Below, piece by piece: positions 22,737 through 34,034 of a DNA stretch of 64,000 nt. The stretch lies in IMG/VR virus record IMGVR_UViG_3300047554_000670. One strand, written 5' to 3'. Both the position numbers and the translations under genes were made by a program. The stretch comes from an uncultured virus (IMG/VR IMGVR_UViG_3300047554_000670) (lineage: Duplodnaviria; Heunggongvirae; Uroviricota; Caudoviricetes). Each line of letters opens with the position of its first letter. Position 1 is the first letter of the stretch. Under the pieces are notes generated by a model, which did not search any database, had not been told where the DNA came from, and worked only from the letters and a program-made list of their open reading frames with translations.

Positions 22737-23552
22737 CTAAAGATTAAACCACTCTACACAAACATCTTTGTAAGGCTGAGGATTACACATCAATAGGCTA
22801 CCGTTGGACAAATATTCGTGACATCGCTTTTCATGTGTATGTCCATGAATAACAACTTTAGGATAAAAGTTATTACTAATGTGATTAACAAAATAGCAGT
22901 TAAGTCTTTCACCTTTATATTTATCTGATACAGCAAAAGAGAAAGGAATATGATGTGTAAAGAGAATTACATCTTGTGTATTATCTCTTAAGCTTAAGAT
23001 GTTATTAATTTGTTGTGTTCCTAAGTTTAAGAAATCATTAACAGTACAGTCTTTAATATGTCTAAAATCATTAAGGTTATCTTGTAATAGATAACAGTCA
23101 GGATTATATAGAGTGTAACTTCCATCTTCTTTAGGGCTAAATCTATTATCCGTACCCCCGTACCATAAGGTATCACCTAACACTAGGTATTGTTCAGGTA
23201 ATAAAGGATGATACTCAGCCCGGTCTACAGTTAACAAGTATTGTCGAGTAGACTCAACTCGTACATATTTACTTCCTAACTCCTTAAACACAGAACTAAT
23301 TACCTTATTCCCTTCACTTAAGGTTGTTCCATAGTATTCATGATTACCAGGGACATAGAATACTTGATTAAAGTTAGACAACGAAAGAAAGAAGTCTTTA
23401 TACCAAGGAGCTGTTACAGGACATACATCCCCTGCTACAAAAATAGCTTTACCGCTAAGAGACCTTAGGTATTCAAGAACCTCATTAACATTATCTTCAG
23501 TTCTATATTCAAGGTGAATATCACTGATTACTGCTACATTGTTATTACTCAC
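22737..23552 (-). CDS. Calcineurin-like metallophosphoesterase
   Basis: SDIHLE, AGD, GNHE, THH and HGHTH motifs. Confidence 0.92.
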   Translation of the reverse strand: MSNNNVAVISDIHLEYRTEDNVNEVLEYLRSLSGKAIFVAGDVCPVTAPWYKDFFLSLSNFNQVFYVPGNHEYYGTTLSEGNKVISSVFKELGSKYVRVESTRQYLLTVDRAEYHPLLPEQYLVLGDTLWYGGTDNRFSPKEDGSYTLYNPDCYLLQDNLNDFRHIKDCTVNDFLNLGTQQINNILSLRDNTQDVILFTHHIPFSFAVSDKYKGERLNCYFVNHISNNFYPKVVIHGHTHEKRCHEYLSNGSLLMCNPQPYKDVCVEWFNL

Positions 23553-24194
23553 AGTATAAGTTCCTTAATCGCTTTTTTTCTTCTTCATCAAAAGACTAAT
23601 AAAGTGGTCAACCCCAATGTTTGAGATTGCTAAAACTTCATCGCTAGGGCGAACAATAAAGACCCATTCATCATACTTAGTAGTGCGAATCTCTATGTTA
23701 CCGAACCCCCACTCGAAGATTTCATAAGGGCCAATACAATCTATACATTCACCTTTACTATTAAAGCTCTTAATATCCTTAAGAGAAGTGGTAACAATTA
23801 AGTTGTCGGTTTCAACAGGAAGTTTAAGTTTATTAATAATGATCTTAATACCGGATATAAATTCAACTATACTCATCTTTCCATTTCCTTAATTCAATTA
23901 AGAACTGTACAAAGTAATCATTACTAAAGATAAACTTATCCTTATAAAAGAATTCCCATAAAGCTTGAGTAAAAGGGGAATACCAATCAGCTAAGAAAAC
24001 TCTCACATGGAAATTTTTATCTTTTGAAGTCCAAGCATAACTGTATTCACTTAGCACACCACATCTAGTATTGGAATTAATATATAGTTCACCATCCTTA
24101 AGCTTAAGCTCTAAGATGTCTAAGACTCTAGATAAGTTTTTAGTAAAAGCTTTATGGCTCATTAATCATAAAAATAAAAAATACTAATTTACAG

Positions 24195-24244
24195 AAAAAA
24201 TTAACCCTAGATAAAGCAACCTTAGTACATTCATCTAGGGTATT
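24195..24244 (-). terminator. Rho-independent terminator-like hairpin
   Basis: ACCCTAGAT...ATCTAGGGT stem with a T6 tract on the minus strand. Confidence 0.55.
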
Positions 24245-24566
24245 ATCTTCTCTTAGGAAATCATCAAAATCCTGGCCCACCTGTATCTTTACCAAAATAG
24301 AATATAACTTTAAGAATGGGTGTCGTTAGGCTTAAGACAAACCCTTCATACCTATTGTCATCATGCCAACTAACCCAATTATGAGAGGTTATGTTACGCT
24401 CTTTTTCTGAATAAAAACAAAAATTCCAGTTAACATCATACTTAGTCCAAAGGTCATCGTATACATCAATTGCGCACATAAGAAAATTATTATACGTATT
24501 CTGTATACTTAATGGGCTATAGAATAAACCCAAAGCTATAGTGCGTCTAGTTTTAGTGCCCATAAA

Positions 24567-25150
24567 TTAAAAGAAATGAAACAGAGTAGTGGATTCTAGG
24601 CCAAACATACCAAGAATACAACTATTAAAAGAATTGCCTTGTATTTCACATCTATCATGATTGTTAGTTATAGACCAACCTACAGGTCTACCTTCTTGTG
24701 AATGAGCCTCAATACTACAGTGGCCATAGTGAAACCCATAGATTATCCACAGCCGTTCTTTCTCTTTATAAGTACGAGCTTCAGTAAGATTCTCAATATC
24801 TTCTTTCGTAATACCTAAAAGATTAAGTACCGGGCATATCACAGTAATAAAATCTTCTTTTGTCATACAACTTAGGTCTCACTAACTATAGAGGCATAAC
24901 CAATAAATACTTGTTTGAATGAAGAGCCGGTAGTCCCATAGCGGCCATTATAGAAGTACCAAGTTGCAGATATTGCATCCCCTACGTCAACAAATAAATC
25001 ACAGTTACCGAAAGCCAAATTATACCGCAGCATCGGCTTCCCTCTATACTCCATTTCTTGAATAACTGTATTTTTCTCTACATAATTTTTGGAAATACCC
25101 AAAGTACCAAGTATAGGGAGTATTTCAGTAATAAAATCTTCTTTTGTCAT
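24567..25150 (-). repeat. Tandem paralogous small CDSs (24567-24866 and 24872-25150)
   Basis: Both begin MTKEDFIT...P.L..LGI and share G.C and G.SF motifs. Confidence 0.75.
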
Positions 25151-27357
25151 TATTTTTCATCCCAACTAGCCATAAAACCGCAACAAGGGTCTTCTTCAAA
25201 CTTTTCATCAAGGACAGGAATAATCTTAACCCACTTAGAGAAACATTCTCTGAAGATTGTCTGAATTAACTTACCTACAACTTCTTTATACTCTACATTA
25301 CACTCCCCATTAAATTCATCATGAACCATATTAAAGATAACCGCACCCCATTCAGGATGTTCATGAAATTCATTCTGAAGTCTAGCAGCTACCTCTTTCA
25401 TAACATCAGATTCTACTAATAACCAATGAGCAGCAATACTATTGGTATAGTTAACCTCATAAATAATCTCTCCCTTGTTATTAACCTCATATTCATTATC
25501 AAGAAATCTCTTAAGGTCTCTATCATATTTACGTTTAGGATATTTTCGCAAATATTGTCGTCTACCCGTAAGAGCTTGAACGTAGGAATACTTTTGTGAA
25601 CTCATATCATTCCCATTACGATCAACGAAAGGGAATAATATATCAATACTATTAATTACTTCTGGTCTAGATTTAATAAAACCTAAGAGACCAGGGTGAT
25701 GATATTCCAATCTAGAAGTAATATACTTAGCATCTTCTACATCACAAGTAAAACCATTAGCTACAAAAGTAGATAAATTCTTATTCCATCCTGCTCCATT
25801 AATACAAGAATAAAATCCTGGTTTAGCTCCTTTCTCTCTACAAAACTTAGCAATCACTGCATCTGCTGTAGGGTTACCATCCGCATCAGTTTCCTTTCGT
25901 TTAGCCATGAACTGAGCTTCAGTCCAGTTCTTACCAAATAAACGATTAGCAATATCTACTCCAAATACAGAGTGCCCATCAAAGTCATCTCTGAAAATCT
26001 TAACAATAAGCATTTCAGAGGGGTCATTACCTAGTGAGGACCAATAATCAGCCGCATATTGAGCCGCAATACGCATATGACTACCAGAGGCATCATAGGT
26101 AAATAAGACCTTATCAGGATTGGTATGACGAAAGAGATAACGGATATCTTTAGCGGGATTCTGTAATTGAACCCCGATGGGATGTTTATCAATAGAAGCT
26201 GTAACAGAAGTTCTACCTGTACCAGCAGGAGCATTCTGATGAAATTGTGTTCTTACAGCAACTCTACCAGTACCACCGTCAAAAGCATAATCTAAAATAC
26301 CTTGGACGTATTTAATAGAAACTTCTAACTTACGAATTTTCTTTAAGCCTTCAACAGCTTCTATCTCCTTATCACTAAGACCTTCTGTATCTAGAGTATT
26401 AAGAACTTGTTTATCTACACTCATAATCTTATGAGTAAGCTTAGAGTTAAGACAATCAAGAACTTGAGGATTAGAACTATAAGAGATATTAGGAAAGCAT
26501 TCTTCCCATAGAGCAACTAATTTATCTACTTGTAATTTATTATTAGTAACAAACTCTTCCGCTAACTCTAAGTCAACTGGAAAACCTTGATACTGCATTT
26601 CAATAACCGTAGTGACAAATTGGCACTCTACATAAGCAGAATAAACACAACCAGCTTGAATAATTAAAGACTTAAGACGTTCATACACGGGAAAGAGATA
26701 TATAACGTCTTCGGCTTGATAGTTAACTTGAGCATTGGATAAAGTCCATCCCCAGTTACTTGCACCAAAACCTTTCTCAATGTTGATACCAACTCTAGAG
26801 GCAATAGCTTTGAAACTATGAGATAAGTCACATACTGCTTTAGTGTCAATCTTACGGCTACCAACCCCTCCCCATAGAACTCTAGATAAAACTACAACAT
26901 CTCTAATCTGTCTAATAATCCAACCCAGATGAACTCTTACATAAGTACCATCAAAGACCAGATTAGCTCCAATAACTTGAACATTAATATCAAATAGTTT
27001 TTGTTCTAGAGTATCAATGGTTTCTTTGTAAATAGGGTCTTCACAAAGCTCAGCTACTCTTTCTTTCGTTGTTTTATTAGTCTGGTCTTTCCAACCGCCT
27101 AAATCAACAATAATTACATATGTCTGTGTATCTGATTTAATTCCAATTTGAAAAGACCTAATCTTACCTTTCCAAGCATATAGAGCTTCCCAACTTTCAG
27201 CACCAAAAGTCTCAATATCAAAAGCAATAACGTTAGAGTTCTTAAAAACAGTAAGAACTTCCTTGTATTCTTCTGTATTGGATGGGTAGTAGATATTTGG
27301 GAGTAGAGGAGTATCAGGAGAAATAATGTCACTCCAAGTTAATTGCTGCTTAAGCAT
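25150..27357 (-). CDS. polA: Family A DNA polymerase with 3'-5' exonuclease domain
   Basis: ExoI FDIET, GRTS, LQNP, motif A YDASGSHMR, motif B REKGAKPGFY, motif C VHDE. Confidence 0.92.
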   Translation of the reverse strand: MLKQQLTWSDIISPDTPLLPNIYYPSNTEEYKEVLTVFKNSNVIAFDIETFGAESWEALYAWKGKIRSFQIGIKSDTQTYVIIVDLGGWKDQTNKTTKERVAELCEDPIYKETIDTLEQKLFDINVQVIGANLVFDGTYVRVHLGWIIRQIRDVVVLSRVLWGGVGSRKIDTKAVCDLSHSFKAIASRVGINIEKGFGASNWGWTLSNAQVNYQAEDVIYLFPVYERLKSLIIQAGCVYSAYVECQFVTTVIEMQYQGFPVDLELAEEFVTNNKLQVDKLVALWEECFPNISYSSNPQVLDCLNSKLTHKIMSVDKQVLNTLDTEGLSDKEIEAVEGLKKIRKLEVSIKYVQGILDYAFDGGTGRVAVRTQFHQNAPAGTGRTSVTASIDKHPIGVQLQNPAKDIRYLFRHTNPDKVLFTYDASGSHMRIAAQYAADYWSSLGNDPSEMLIVKIFRDDFDGHSVFGVDIANRLFGKNWTEAQFMAKRKETDADGNPTADAVIAKFCREKGAKPGFYSCINGAGWNKNLSTFVANGFTCDVEDAKYITSRLEYHHPGLLGFIKSRPEVINSIDILFPFVDRNGNDMSSQKYSYVQALTGRRQYLRKYPKRKYDRDLKRFLDNEYEVNNKGEIIYEVNYTNSIAAHWLLVESDVMKEVAARLQNEFHEHPEWGAVIFNMVHDEFNGECNVEYKEVVGKLIQTIFRECFSKWVKIIPVLDEKFEEDPCCGFMASWDEK

Positions 27358-27600
27358 AAGGTTTCATAAACTCTACGAACTTAGTTGGACATAGCTTAGA
27401 TTCATAACTCTTAGTTTTACTTGTATATAGCTCAGTAACCCTAGCAGTAACAGTTCCATCATTACGAAGATTAATATGTAGGTTATATTTGTTGTTGTTA
27501 TACACTCTTGCTTCTTCTGTACCTGCACATAACTTATACCCAGATAAAATATTAGGATTATATAATTTACACTCAGTTAGAAAGAATTCAAATTTATTCA

Positions 27601-29253
27601 TTACAAAACTGCTGCCTCACTATAATTAGTTTCTAACGAAAGAATATCTGCTGTATAACTTTTATCCATACTGTTATCACAATAGAAATTCCATACTTTA
27701 GCAGTATTACAGAACTCTACTTTCGTAACCAATAAGATGTCCCCTTCAGTATTTCTCACCCATTGACCTTCAATAAACTTAGGTGGATTATAAAGTCTTA
27801 GGAAACGATTACGTTCAGATTCTTCTAGGGCATCCCATAAAGAAGCTTGTTCACTACGAGTTAACTTACCTACAAAATCCTTAGCCTCTTGCTCCGTAGT
27901 AATTCTCGTAGCCTTATCAGCAAGGTCATTAATCATAGCTCTAGAACCCTTAAAGTACGAGGGCCAAGGGTTATTATCATCTACACCGTAATAAAAAATA
28001 GTTCCCGTATTGGTTCTTTCCTTAGTACGATTAATTTGACAACCTTCAACTAAACGACTTAAGGCAAAGTTAAAGGGTTTATTACTTGAATCAATACCAA
28101 GTTTCTGAGCTAAATCATGTTTAGACAGAAGCTCATTAACATGACGACATAGAACACTAAGAATACGGTTGGAGAATTTAACAATATCAGGGTCTACATT
28201 AAGTTCATCAAGTACTTTATATTCCCAGTAGCCATGAGGGTTACTATATGGGTCTCTTCCAATAACCAAATGACAAGGAATACCTTCACGAGGAATTGTC
28301 AATAATTCAACTACATGAGTACATTCATCAGTCTTGTATTCAGAATTACCTGGGTAGAGAAACACCATACCATCATTAGCACCCGCAAGAGAACCTGTAC
28401 CAGATAATCCATCCGCACCTTTACTAGGGTCAGCACTTTTGTTAAGGTGATGGATAACAACAATGGTTACCCCTGTAATAGAAGCAATTCGCTGTAGAGC
28501 ATAGGCGTATTTACCAAAGTCAGCACTATTCTCACTAACCTCACTATCGCGTGTAGCAGCACGAAAGGAATCAACAATGACAAGACGTGGTTTACGCTCA
28601 AGCAAATAATCTTTAAGCCACTGTAAATCAGTTGTGATATTAAAATCTGTATGTACTCTTAAATAATCATTATCAATAAGTTCTTTAATAATAGGCTGGT
28701 CTTTATCCAGTCCACCCTCTTGTAGACGCTTAACAAATAGACCAGGGGGTTCTTCCAACTGAAAGATATCAACTTTACCTCGTTTCACTGGTCTACCAAG
28801 GCACTCTTTACCTTGAACAATACAGCTTGCAATGTAATAGAGTAGAATAGTTTTTCCAGTCTTAGCTTTACCTCCAAAAATATAGAGTAGTCCTCCATCA
28901 CGGAAGACCCCTGGAAGAATATCGGAAGCTGAAGTTACATCATGGTCAACAATATCTTGTAGACTCCATAAACGCTTAAACTTAGCTCGTTCTTCTTCTC
29001 TTTCACTAAGAAGAATCCAATCTCTAATATCTTTCTCATTAAACCCTAAAGTATTCCAGAACAAACTAGCTAGTTTCTTGATTAGGAACTTTCTCTTTAG
29101 AATATCCTTAACAGAACCAATACTTTTACACTGGGCTTCAAATATTGCTAAACGTTCATCATCTGATAGCAGAGCAATATTCTCTTTCGTTATAACAAAA
29201 GACCGTTCTTCTTTAGGGTTAAAAATATTTTCTTCCATGTTAAAAATATCCAT
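27601..29253 (-). CDS. RepA/AAA_25-type (SF4-like) helicase
   Basis: Walker A GKAKTGKT, LEE, LVIVDS, IHHLNK and GTGSL motifs. Confidence 0.85.
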   Translation of the reverse strand: MDIFNMEENIFNPKEERSFVITKENIALLSDDERLAIFEAQCKSIGSVKDILKRKFLIKKLASLFWNTLGFNEKDIRDWILLSEREEERAKFKRLWSLQDIVDHDVTSASDILPGVFRDGGLLYIFGGKAKTGKTILLYYIASCIVQGKECLGRPVKRGKVDIFQLEEPPGLFVKRLQEGGLDKDQPIIKELIDNDYLRVHTDFNITTDLQWLKDYLLERKPRLVIVDSFRAATRDSEVSENSADFGKYAYALQRIASITGVTIVVIHHLNKSADPSKGADGLSGTGSLAGANDGMVFLYPGNSEYKTDECTHVVELLTIPREGIPCHLVIGRDPYSNPHGYWEYKVLDELNVDPDIVKFSNRILSVLCRHVNELLSKHDLAQKLGIDSSNKPFNFALSRLVEGCQINRTKERTNTGTIFYYGVDDNNPWPSYFKGSRAMINDLADKATRITTEQEAKDFVGKLTRSEQASLWDALEESERNRFLRLYNPPKFIEGQWVRNTEGDILLVTKVEFCNTAKVWNFYCDNSMDKSYTADILSLETNYSEAAVL

Positions 29254-30109
29254 TAAGATTACATAATAATTCTTCTTTATCTATATCAGCTAAGTCCATA
29301 CCTTTGAATAGCTCTTTAGTAGGAAATAGCTCGTTTAAGCTTATAGATTTAGCTCCTATGCCTGAATTCCAACAAGCATGTAATACTATTTTAGCTTTCC
29401 TCTCACCGGCTAAGTCATTATCAGGAAAATAATACACATTCTTTATGTGTCTTGCGTAATAGGATTGAAGAGTTAACGAAAGATAATCAACGTTAAAACC
29501 AATTACACAAGGTGTAAAACAAGGTAGACCTAAACTACAAAGATAATCTGTAGTCTTCTCACCTTCTGCCATAAATACTGTATTACCTGTACTTAGGTCT
29601 GTACCATTTGTATATAGAGGGTATAAGTCCATGTACTTAGCGGTATCTTTGCTAACCCATTGACCATCTACAAAGATTTCAAATACAGGGATTTTTTCAT
29701 CTGGAGTATCAATACGCTTAACTCTAACTTTATCCGTGTACTTATAATATGTAAGGTTAATATTGTTTTGATAATCAATTGAGAAAAAAGAATACTGCTT
29801 AGGTTTAGCATAATTAGTTACCTTACATAGAATAACGGGTTTTTGTATATCTATAGGGGAAGGAATAAATTCATTAGGTGTTGAAGATACATAGAAATCG
29901 TAAGGATTATCTTCTACTAACCCTAAAGCTTTTCGTATGTCCTTAGAACTACATCCTTGTGAATAACAACTATAAGCACCATAATAAGAACTATGAGTAT
30001 TGGTGTTGAACTTAATTATTCCTTGACATACTGGACATACAGCTTTTACATAGCTATTCTTTCGTTCTTGTACATCCAGTAGGTGTATATGGTCAATAAG
30101 TCTAAACAT
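29240..30109 (-). CDS. DNA primase (Zn finger + TOPRIM)
   Basis: CPVC...CYSQGC zinc finger; AEGEKT, FPDNDLAG and DLAD TOPRIM motifs. Confidence 0.85.
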   Translation of the reverse strand: MFRLIDHIHLLDVQERKNSYVKAVCPVCQGIIKFNTNTHSSYYGAYSCYSQGCSSKDIRKALGLVEDNPYDFYVSSTPNEFIPSPIDIQKPVILCKVTNYAKPKQYSFFSIDYQNNINLTYYKYTDKVRVKRIDTPDEKIPVFEIFVDGQWVSKDTAKYMDLYPLYTNGTDLSTGNTVFMAEGEKTTDYLCSLGLPCFTPCVIGFNVDYLSLTLQSYYARHIKNVYYFPDNDLAGERKAKIVLHACWNSGIGAKSISLNELFPTKELFKGMDLADIDKEELLCNLNGYF

Positions 30110-30113
30110 AATT

Positions 30114-30977
30114 TTATAAGTCTAGACTAGGTTCTCTATAGAAAATAACAGTTCGCTTTGATCTATATAAGTCTTCGGAGGATCCAGCCTCATCAAAAGT
30201 AACAGTTCGCTTTGGCACATGTAGGTCTTCGGGGAATTTGTCTTCATCAAAAACAAGAACCATATTAGTACTGCTTTTTTCAACTGATACATAAGGTTTA
30301 TCCTGTACCCAAGTATTAATGGAAAGAATAGCACTAGCTTTTAACCATTCATTACTCTTGTTATTGTAGTTAAGTGTAAAATACCCAGGTGTGATAAAGC
30401 TTAGCAGATAAGGGTCCATACAGTTAGGCTTAAGCTTATACTGTGCTTGCTTATAAAACATCCTTGCAAATGTTCTGTTATCATGCCACTTATGAACTAA
30501 TAGGTCATCAGTATCTAGAAAGTTAATAAACTGATTACTAAAATGAAAGCACTCATTAGTTACGTTATATCCAATCTGATTACAGAACAAATCAAATCTA
30601 TTCAGTATTCCTTCTTCATCATATTTACTTTCGTATAACAGAACATTGATTTTGTGGTCTCTTGTCTTATAATTTGCAAAGGTACTTGCATACCGATAAG
30701 AGTTATTATACTTATCCTCATATAGACCAATATCATTAAGAGCTTTATAAAAAGATTGAGTATAACCTCCTATAACAAAGATATCTAAGTCTTCAATATG
30801 AGAATCAGGGATTTCCCTATTACAGAAATAATTAAGGCACCCAATTGTTAGAGTGCCTCCAGAGATAAATACTCGATAATTATAGGATTTAAGTAATGCT
30901 AATACAGGGTCTAGTTCATGCAGAAGATTCTGTGGAATCAGGGTCTTCATCTTCTCCCATGTTAACGCCTTTGACAT
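30114..30977 (-). CDS. tRNA nucleotidyltransferase / poly(A) polymerase-like protein
   Basis: ISGG...DLDIF and RFDLFCNQ motifs. Confidence 0.65.
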   Translation of the reverse strand: MSKALTWEKMKTLIPQNLLHELDPVLALLKSYNYRVFISGGTLTIGCLNYFCNREIPDSHIEDLDIFVIGGYTQSFYKALNDIGLYEDKYNNSYRYASTFANYKTRDHKINVLLYESKYDEEGILNRFDLFCNQIGYNVTNECFHFSNQFINFLDTDDLLVHKWHDNRTFARMFYKQAQYKLKPNCMDPYLLSFITPGYFTLNYNNKSNEWLKASAILSINTWVQDKPYVSVEKSSTNMVLVFDEDKFPEDLHVPKRTVTFDEAGSSEDLYRSKRTVIFYREPSLDL

Positions 30978-31857
30978 ATAACCTCACAGGTTTGTATTTA
31001 TTGTCTTTGAATGATTCGTACTTAAAATCAGACCAACTCATAGGAGTATCATCATAGAAAGCTTTACAGAAATATAAAAACCATTGTGCGTACCAGCACA
31101 TCTTGGTAAAGTTCAAATAATAAATTGCTAACTTGTTATCCCCTGTAGTCCCAAAGATAAAACCATGACGAACCTTAAATGGGTCATCAACGAACTGATT
31201 AACAAGAATCATATAGGCGGATAACTGAAGGAAAGTTTTAAGTAAATCAGAACTTCCTTTACTATTACCTCTCCAGTTCTTATAGTCAGCAACGAAAGTA
31301 ATTTGCTTTCTTTCTAAGTCATGCTTATTAAAGAAAGATTCATCAATCGTGTTCTTAAGGTGCCAATTAGGGTAGAACAATTTACAAGCTCTATCAATTG
31401 CCATTGTTCCAACTAAATCGGGTGTCCCTCCAAATCCATATTTAGAACCTTCAATAACAACTTCAGTAATTAACTTCTGTTCTAGCAGAGGAGTATCATA
31501 ATGTCCTAGAACAGTTAAGTTTGCCAATAAAGGTAAATAACAACGATGACGAGTATAAGTTTGAGTATCAAGGTCATGAGTATAACTTAAGTATTTATCT
31601 GAAGGGGAAGTAAAATATAACTCATTTGCTTTATGTACTCTAGTCCCTAAAGAAGCTGAGTTCTGCATAATTTCTTTTGCAGCATCTTCTCCTACTTGAT
31701 TTCTCCATACCTTTAGAAACTCTTTGTCTTCAAACTTACCAATAATAGTTGTTACAGACTTATATTGAGTTTCTAGAGAGTTTTTATCTATGTAAGACCG
31801 AATACCTGTTTCAGGGTCTGTAGTGGTCACAATATCGCTTAATTTTGAAATAGCCAT
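30916..31857 (-). CDS. PD-(D/E)XK exonuclease
   Basis: SVTTII, GTRVH, GTPDL, ADYK and QLSAY motifs. Confidence 0.85.
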   Translation of the reverse strand: MAISKLSDIVTTTDPETGIRSYIDKNSLETQYKSVTTIIGKFEDKEFLKVWRNQVGEDAAKEIMQNSASLGTRVHKANELYFTSPSDKYLSYTHDLDTQTYTRHRCYLPLLANLTVLGHYDTPLLEQKLITEVVIEGSKYGFGGTPDLVGTMAIDRACKLFYPNWHLKNTIDESFFNKHDLERKQITFVADYKNWRGNSKGSSDLLKTFLQLSAYMILVNQFVDDPFKVRHGFIFGTTGDNKLAIYYLNFTKMCWYAQWFLYFCKAFYDDTPMSWSDFKYESFKDNKYKPVRLYVKGVNMGEDEDPDSTESSA

Positions 31858-31935
31858 GATAATAAGTAACTAAATGTTAGCTACATACTACCATGGCCTA
31901 ACCGTTTGACGTAGATATTAAGAGGGAAGGGTTAA

Positions 31936-32376
31936 TTAGAAGGGAATATCGTCAGAAGCTGCATTTGCTGCTTGACTAGCTGCTCCTGCTGCACGACTAC
32001 TCATGCTGTTATTTGTATCTCCCTTAGCTTCAAGCAATTCAATAGACTCAAGAAACTTGATATCTAGTTGAGCTTTAGCAGTTTGGTCTTTACCAATATA
32101 TGCACGAGTTTCAAAACCTCCGGTGACTTTCATCAATCGACTTTCATTTTCACCAAGTTCGATAGCATTAACTTCATCGAACATCTTATCTCCTTCCCAA
32201 ACACTGACATTAATGTATTCAGGGTATTGGTTCTTACTCTTAAGATACTCGGAAGTCTTAGCACTCACGAATTTACCACCGGAAAAGCTAACAAGAGTTT
32301 TCCCGTTAACATTCTTAACCTGCTTACTCTTACCTGTAACCCAGAAAGTAGCAGTAATTTTATTTTCAACTGACAT
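31936..32376 (-). CDS. ssb: Single-stranded DNA-binding protein
   Basis: OB-fold motifs (YINVSVW, VTGGFETRAY) and acidic tail DDIPF. Confidence 0.85.
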   Translation of the reverse strand: MSVENKITATFWVTGKSKQVKNVNGKTLVSFSGGKFVSAKTSEYLKSKNQYPEYINVSVWEGDKMFDEVNAIELGENESRLMKVTGGFETRAYIGKDQTAKAQLDIKFLESIELLEAKGDTNNSMSSRAAGAASQAANAASDDIPF

Positions 32377-34034
32377 AGTTTGTTCCTTTTCTTTCGTTAA
32401 TTGTGCCAAAAGCTTGTGTAAATACTTGGCACGTCTGTGTATGACTGAACCATTGTATCAAAAGAAAGGTCTTTTGTACTTTCCATTTGACTAGCTTTAA
32501 CTTTAGTATTTGTTATTGAATCTTGTTGTAGACCAATAATTCTTAATGCTGCAATACCATCTTCACGAAAAGCAAAGATAGGAATTAGACAGACATAACA
32601 TTTACCTCCATCTAAACTAGATTTTGTTATAGGACTAAAGACAATCCCCTTAATAAGTCCCTCTGATTCAATCCTATATACCTCGTTATCAAGAACTACC
32701 TGTCCTCCGTTAAAGTGTCCTTTAGCAGATGTTTTAAGGTAGCCAACAACCATTCCTGTATCAGTAATATATAGTTCATCAGATAGAAGAGTCTGTAGAT
32801 TAACAGAAGTTAGATGGCTGTATAAATCCCAAACATAAGGGTTATATACTCCTCTATATAGATTCTCTACTAGCTTATAACATCTGTGTCTACCTACTTT
32901 TTCCTTAAAGGTCTCTACATTAATACCCCTATGGTTAAAGCTCTCTTTAATAGACCTTTCAAGGATAGAGTATGAGGAATCTAGCATCTTATTTCGCATA
33001 AGAGCTTCTACAAAAAGAGGCTTATTACTAAAAGCAGGGTTGTTCAGGAGTGCCTGTGCTACAAAAGTTACATCACTGTAAAGCTTTCTTACATTATGTT
33101 TTTGCCTTAGCTCACCATTGGGAGTACCAATAATGAACTCACTAGCTGAACAGTCTGCATTAAGAATTGAAATTAACATAGACTTTTTATAGTGTAGTTA
33201 TCCCAAAATCTGTAGTCTAAAGAAACAAAAGAAGTATCTTGTAGAAGGGGTTCCCCTGTACTACGACTAAAATTCACATCTACTTGATACAATTTAATCC
33301 AAGTATCATAAACCTGTTGAACTGTGTAGATACGATAACAGCTTTTATCACCAATATCAGGTCTATAAGTAGTATCATCCTTTGGGTTGAAGGGTATGTC
33401 TTGACGAACCGCAATAACTTTATCTTTAGGCTTAATACTCTCAGACAAAGGTTGCGGTGGGTAATAATTAGTTTTATAACCCACCTTATAAATCTCCTTA
33501 CGCAATAAATGGTGTATCAGAAACAACTTCTGTAGCTTTAGTAAGTTCTACGGGTTCAGAATTAGCGATAGGTTGCTTAACCTCATTTCGCTTACGACGA
33601 GGTTTAGTAACCAAACTACTATTGACTAAACTCTTAAGGAATTTAGGATGCAGAGAAACTGTATTTACTAAAGCTTCAAAGATTTCTGCTGTCGTATGTT
33701 CTGCTTCAATAGCAGAAACGAAAGAAGAGAAATCTCTCAACTCCTCTTCTTTATTAAACTTATCTTCTAGGTAATTAATCCGTCCAATAGTGGATAGAAC
33801 GAACCAGAACTCAGCACAGCTATCATCAGGTGTTTTTCCTTTCGTCACTTGTTGAAGCCATCCTTCAAGTACATCATAGTACTTTTTAGATTTATCTTCA
33901 GATTTTTCAGGAGTAGCAATTACAATCTGGTCAATAGTGATGATACCCTCCTTAAGTTGTTGAATTTGTTCAGCAGTTAGTAATTCGGTGAGCTTAGTCA
34001 TGGTGATTTCTCCTTGTATATTCTAGAGAGTCTA

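Noticed and set aside
30140..30240. Short internal duplication at the 3' end of the nucleotidyltransferase gene
   Set aside because: A simple in-frame duplication (EDL...KRTV.F x2) with no further structure
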